From Marsupella aquatica (taxonomy: Eukaryota; Plantae; Marchantiophyta): DNA of 64,000 nt. The position numbers and the translations under genes are program-made. The notes under the pieces are model-generated. The model worked only from the letters and a program-made list of their open reading frames with translations, was not told the origin of the DNA and did not search any database. This document shows positions 62,240 to 64,000 of this stretch, in pieces. The stretch is taken from the NCBI GenBank assembly GCA_973895155.1, contig OZ316892.1, positions 6,617,251-6,681,250 of the forward strand. The letters are read 5' to 3'. Numbering within the stretch: position 1 is the stretch's first letter; each line of letters starts with the position of its first letter.

Positions 62240-64000
62240 TGTTGGGATTTTTTTCAAAAAGGGGGAACCAAGCCCCTCTAGGTTGGGTAGTTTTTTTTTT
62301 TAGTTTTTTAGTTTTTAAGGGAAATCTGTGAAACCCCATAGAAAGGGAAGAGTCGGCCACAATAGTTGGGAAGAGTCAGCCCACAACAATTGAACCCAAG
62401 ACCTCTCAGTCTCTACTCAAGTGAGCTAACACAAAGTCAATTGGAGTCAGTTGTGGTAGTTGTGACCCACAAAAAAATGCAATGGAGAAAAAGTAATGTA
62501 GCCTTAGTTTTTCTTCTCTACTTTTTTTTCTTAAACTAGTCCAATCCCCGTTTCCTGAGTATTGTCAAGCATAGGTGAAATGGCTGGGTGGATGGACGAG
62601 ATAGGGAGTTGGCGAGTTTGCCTGGAAACCAGATTTCAAGGATTATAAGATATATGGGAAAGTGACAAGTTGGGCATGGAAAAGGTGCAACGTGGCAGTT
62701 TTAGCTCCATCTCCTTGGTAGGAAAAAAGTCACCATAATCCAATAGCCAAGGAGAATGCCATTTGGTAAATAGACCATGAGAAAAAAGAGTGCAATGCAT
62801 ATTATAGTGTTTAGATATATGCCTTCTTTATGGAAAAGAAAGCTTGGATGGACCCTTGTATCTCAAATAGACTGTCCTGAAATGTTCTGTTTTACCTCAA
62901 CAATGCCTTTCTAGCTTTAGTATGAATGCTCACATATGTGGCTTTCAAAAGTTGTTTGGTCTGTCTGTGTCAATTGTTTATCAAACGATTTACACAAGGG
63001 ATACCCCTTTTTTGCTAGATACCAAAGTTGTTTGTATAGTATCATGGGGACCTAGAGGGATTTTATATGCATCCTTTCACACTAAAATGAGTATGTTAGC
63101 TTCCGCTCCTGGAACTGTAGTTTTTGATCAAGTCCTACCAACTGCTCTACCCCACAATTTTGATCAAGTTTTGCCAACTACCCCATGACGCATTCTCTAG
63201 ACTTGATTCTGTCCTTGGGTCTATCCTCCGGTGGAGTGCTGTCACCCCTCTTCCTAATCACCCACATAGTCAACCCACTATGCAAAACATTGTAAGATGT
63301 AGTAAGTTATGCACTTTGTGGGACACAAAACACACTAGGGGAATGGAACTGCAATTAACAATCAAGGGAAAACAGAATCACCCAAAGTTTTGAACACAAT
63401 CAAATCAATTTATCTTTTGATGGGTAAAAGTGAACAATCTGCAAAGACAATCCGGCCTCCTATCTCCTATCTAACGTCTGCCTCCCTGGAACAAAATGCT
63501 ACTCTTTCCACCTCACTAATCCGGATGAGCTTCGCTACCCTTGCATGATTCCAACATACTTCAACTTCTAGAATGAGTTCACTCTGCACCTACCGGGGCT
63601 GTAAGTAAATACAAGAAACACACAAGCACATCAACCACTATCTCCCTAGCAGAGCTGCTACATCTCAGAGCCCAGCTAACCTAAAATATGAGGCACATAC
63701 GTGTGTCAACAACCCTATCCTATTCTAAGGGTGACCATTGATGTCTTTGGCGGTACCCACAATTTTTTTACTAAACAAGGATTCACTTGAGTCCACTACT
63801 CCCTACCTACTCAACCTCTCCAATAACACTCGATGGTCTATCATGTCCACTGCTCAAGGTCCCTAGTAAAAGTAAGGAACATCACAAATTGTCAAAACTA
63901 AATTTCATTTAGAGAAAATATTTGGATAGCCTCCTCCTTTCTGATCACAACTGTGAAAATGGTTTGCAAAACAAACTTCAAACAACAAAGATATAGCGGC

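Noticed and set aside
63200-64000. Possible LINE endonuclease-region remnant
   Set aside because: Only faint motif echoes, too degenerate to call.

Overview
Eukaryotic land-plant nuclear DNA: GT-AG introns, (GA)n microsatellites, a plant-type tRNA and a CCCTAAA tract. A bryophyte or liverwort origin is my inference only. Three intact multi-exon genes lie on the minus strand: a type I inositol polyphosphate 5-phosphatase (~20.2-24.7 kb), a very large U-box/ARM-repeat E3 ligase (~41.1-47.3 kb) and a plastid-targeted pKIWI502-like FAD/NAD(P) oxidoreductase (59.0-61.0 kb). There is also a tRNA-Lys(UUU). Intergenic space holds a complete but decayed Ty1/copia element (8927-14671; LTRs, PPT, TAAGA TSD) nested in a putative larger LTR, LINE fragments, MITE-like inserts and several tandem arrays. 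The most unusual observations are: (1) a ~260-bp piece resembling fungal L-rhamnose 1-dehydrogenase with templated repair-like junctions; (2) a decayed, divergently oriented pair of unknown reading frames with an LSELQRAAF motif repeated under synonymous divergence; (3) a U-box that keeps one complete RING zinc site; (4) an 86-bp palindrome-bearing array inside an AT-rich element; (5) a higher-order GTAC-rich array just upstream of the oxidoreductase gene. All calls were made by eye, without database searches.
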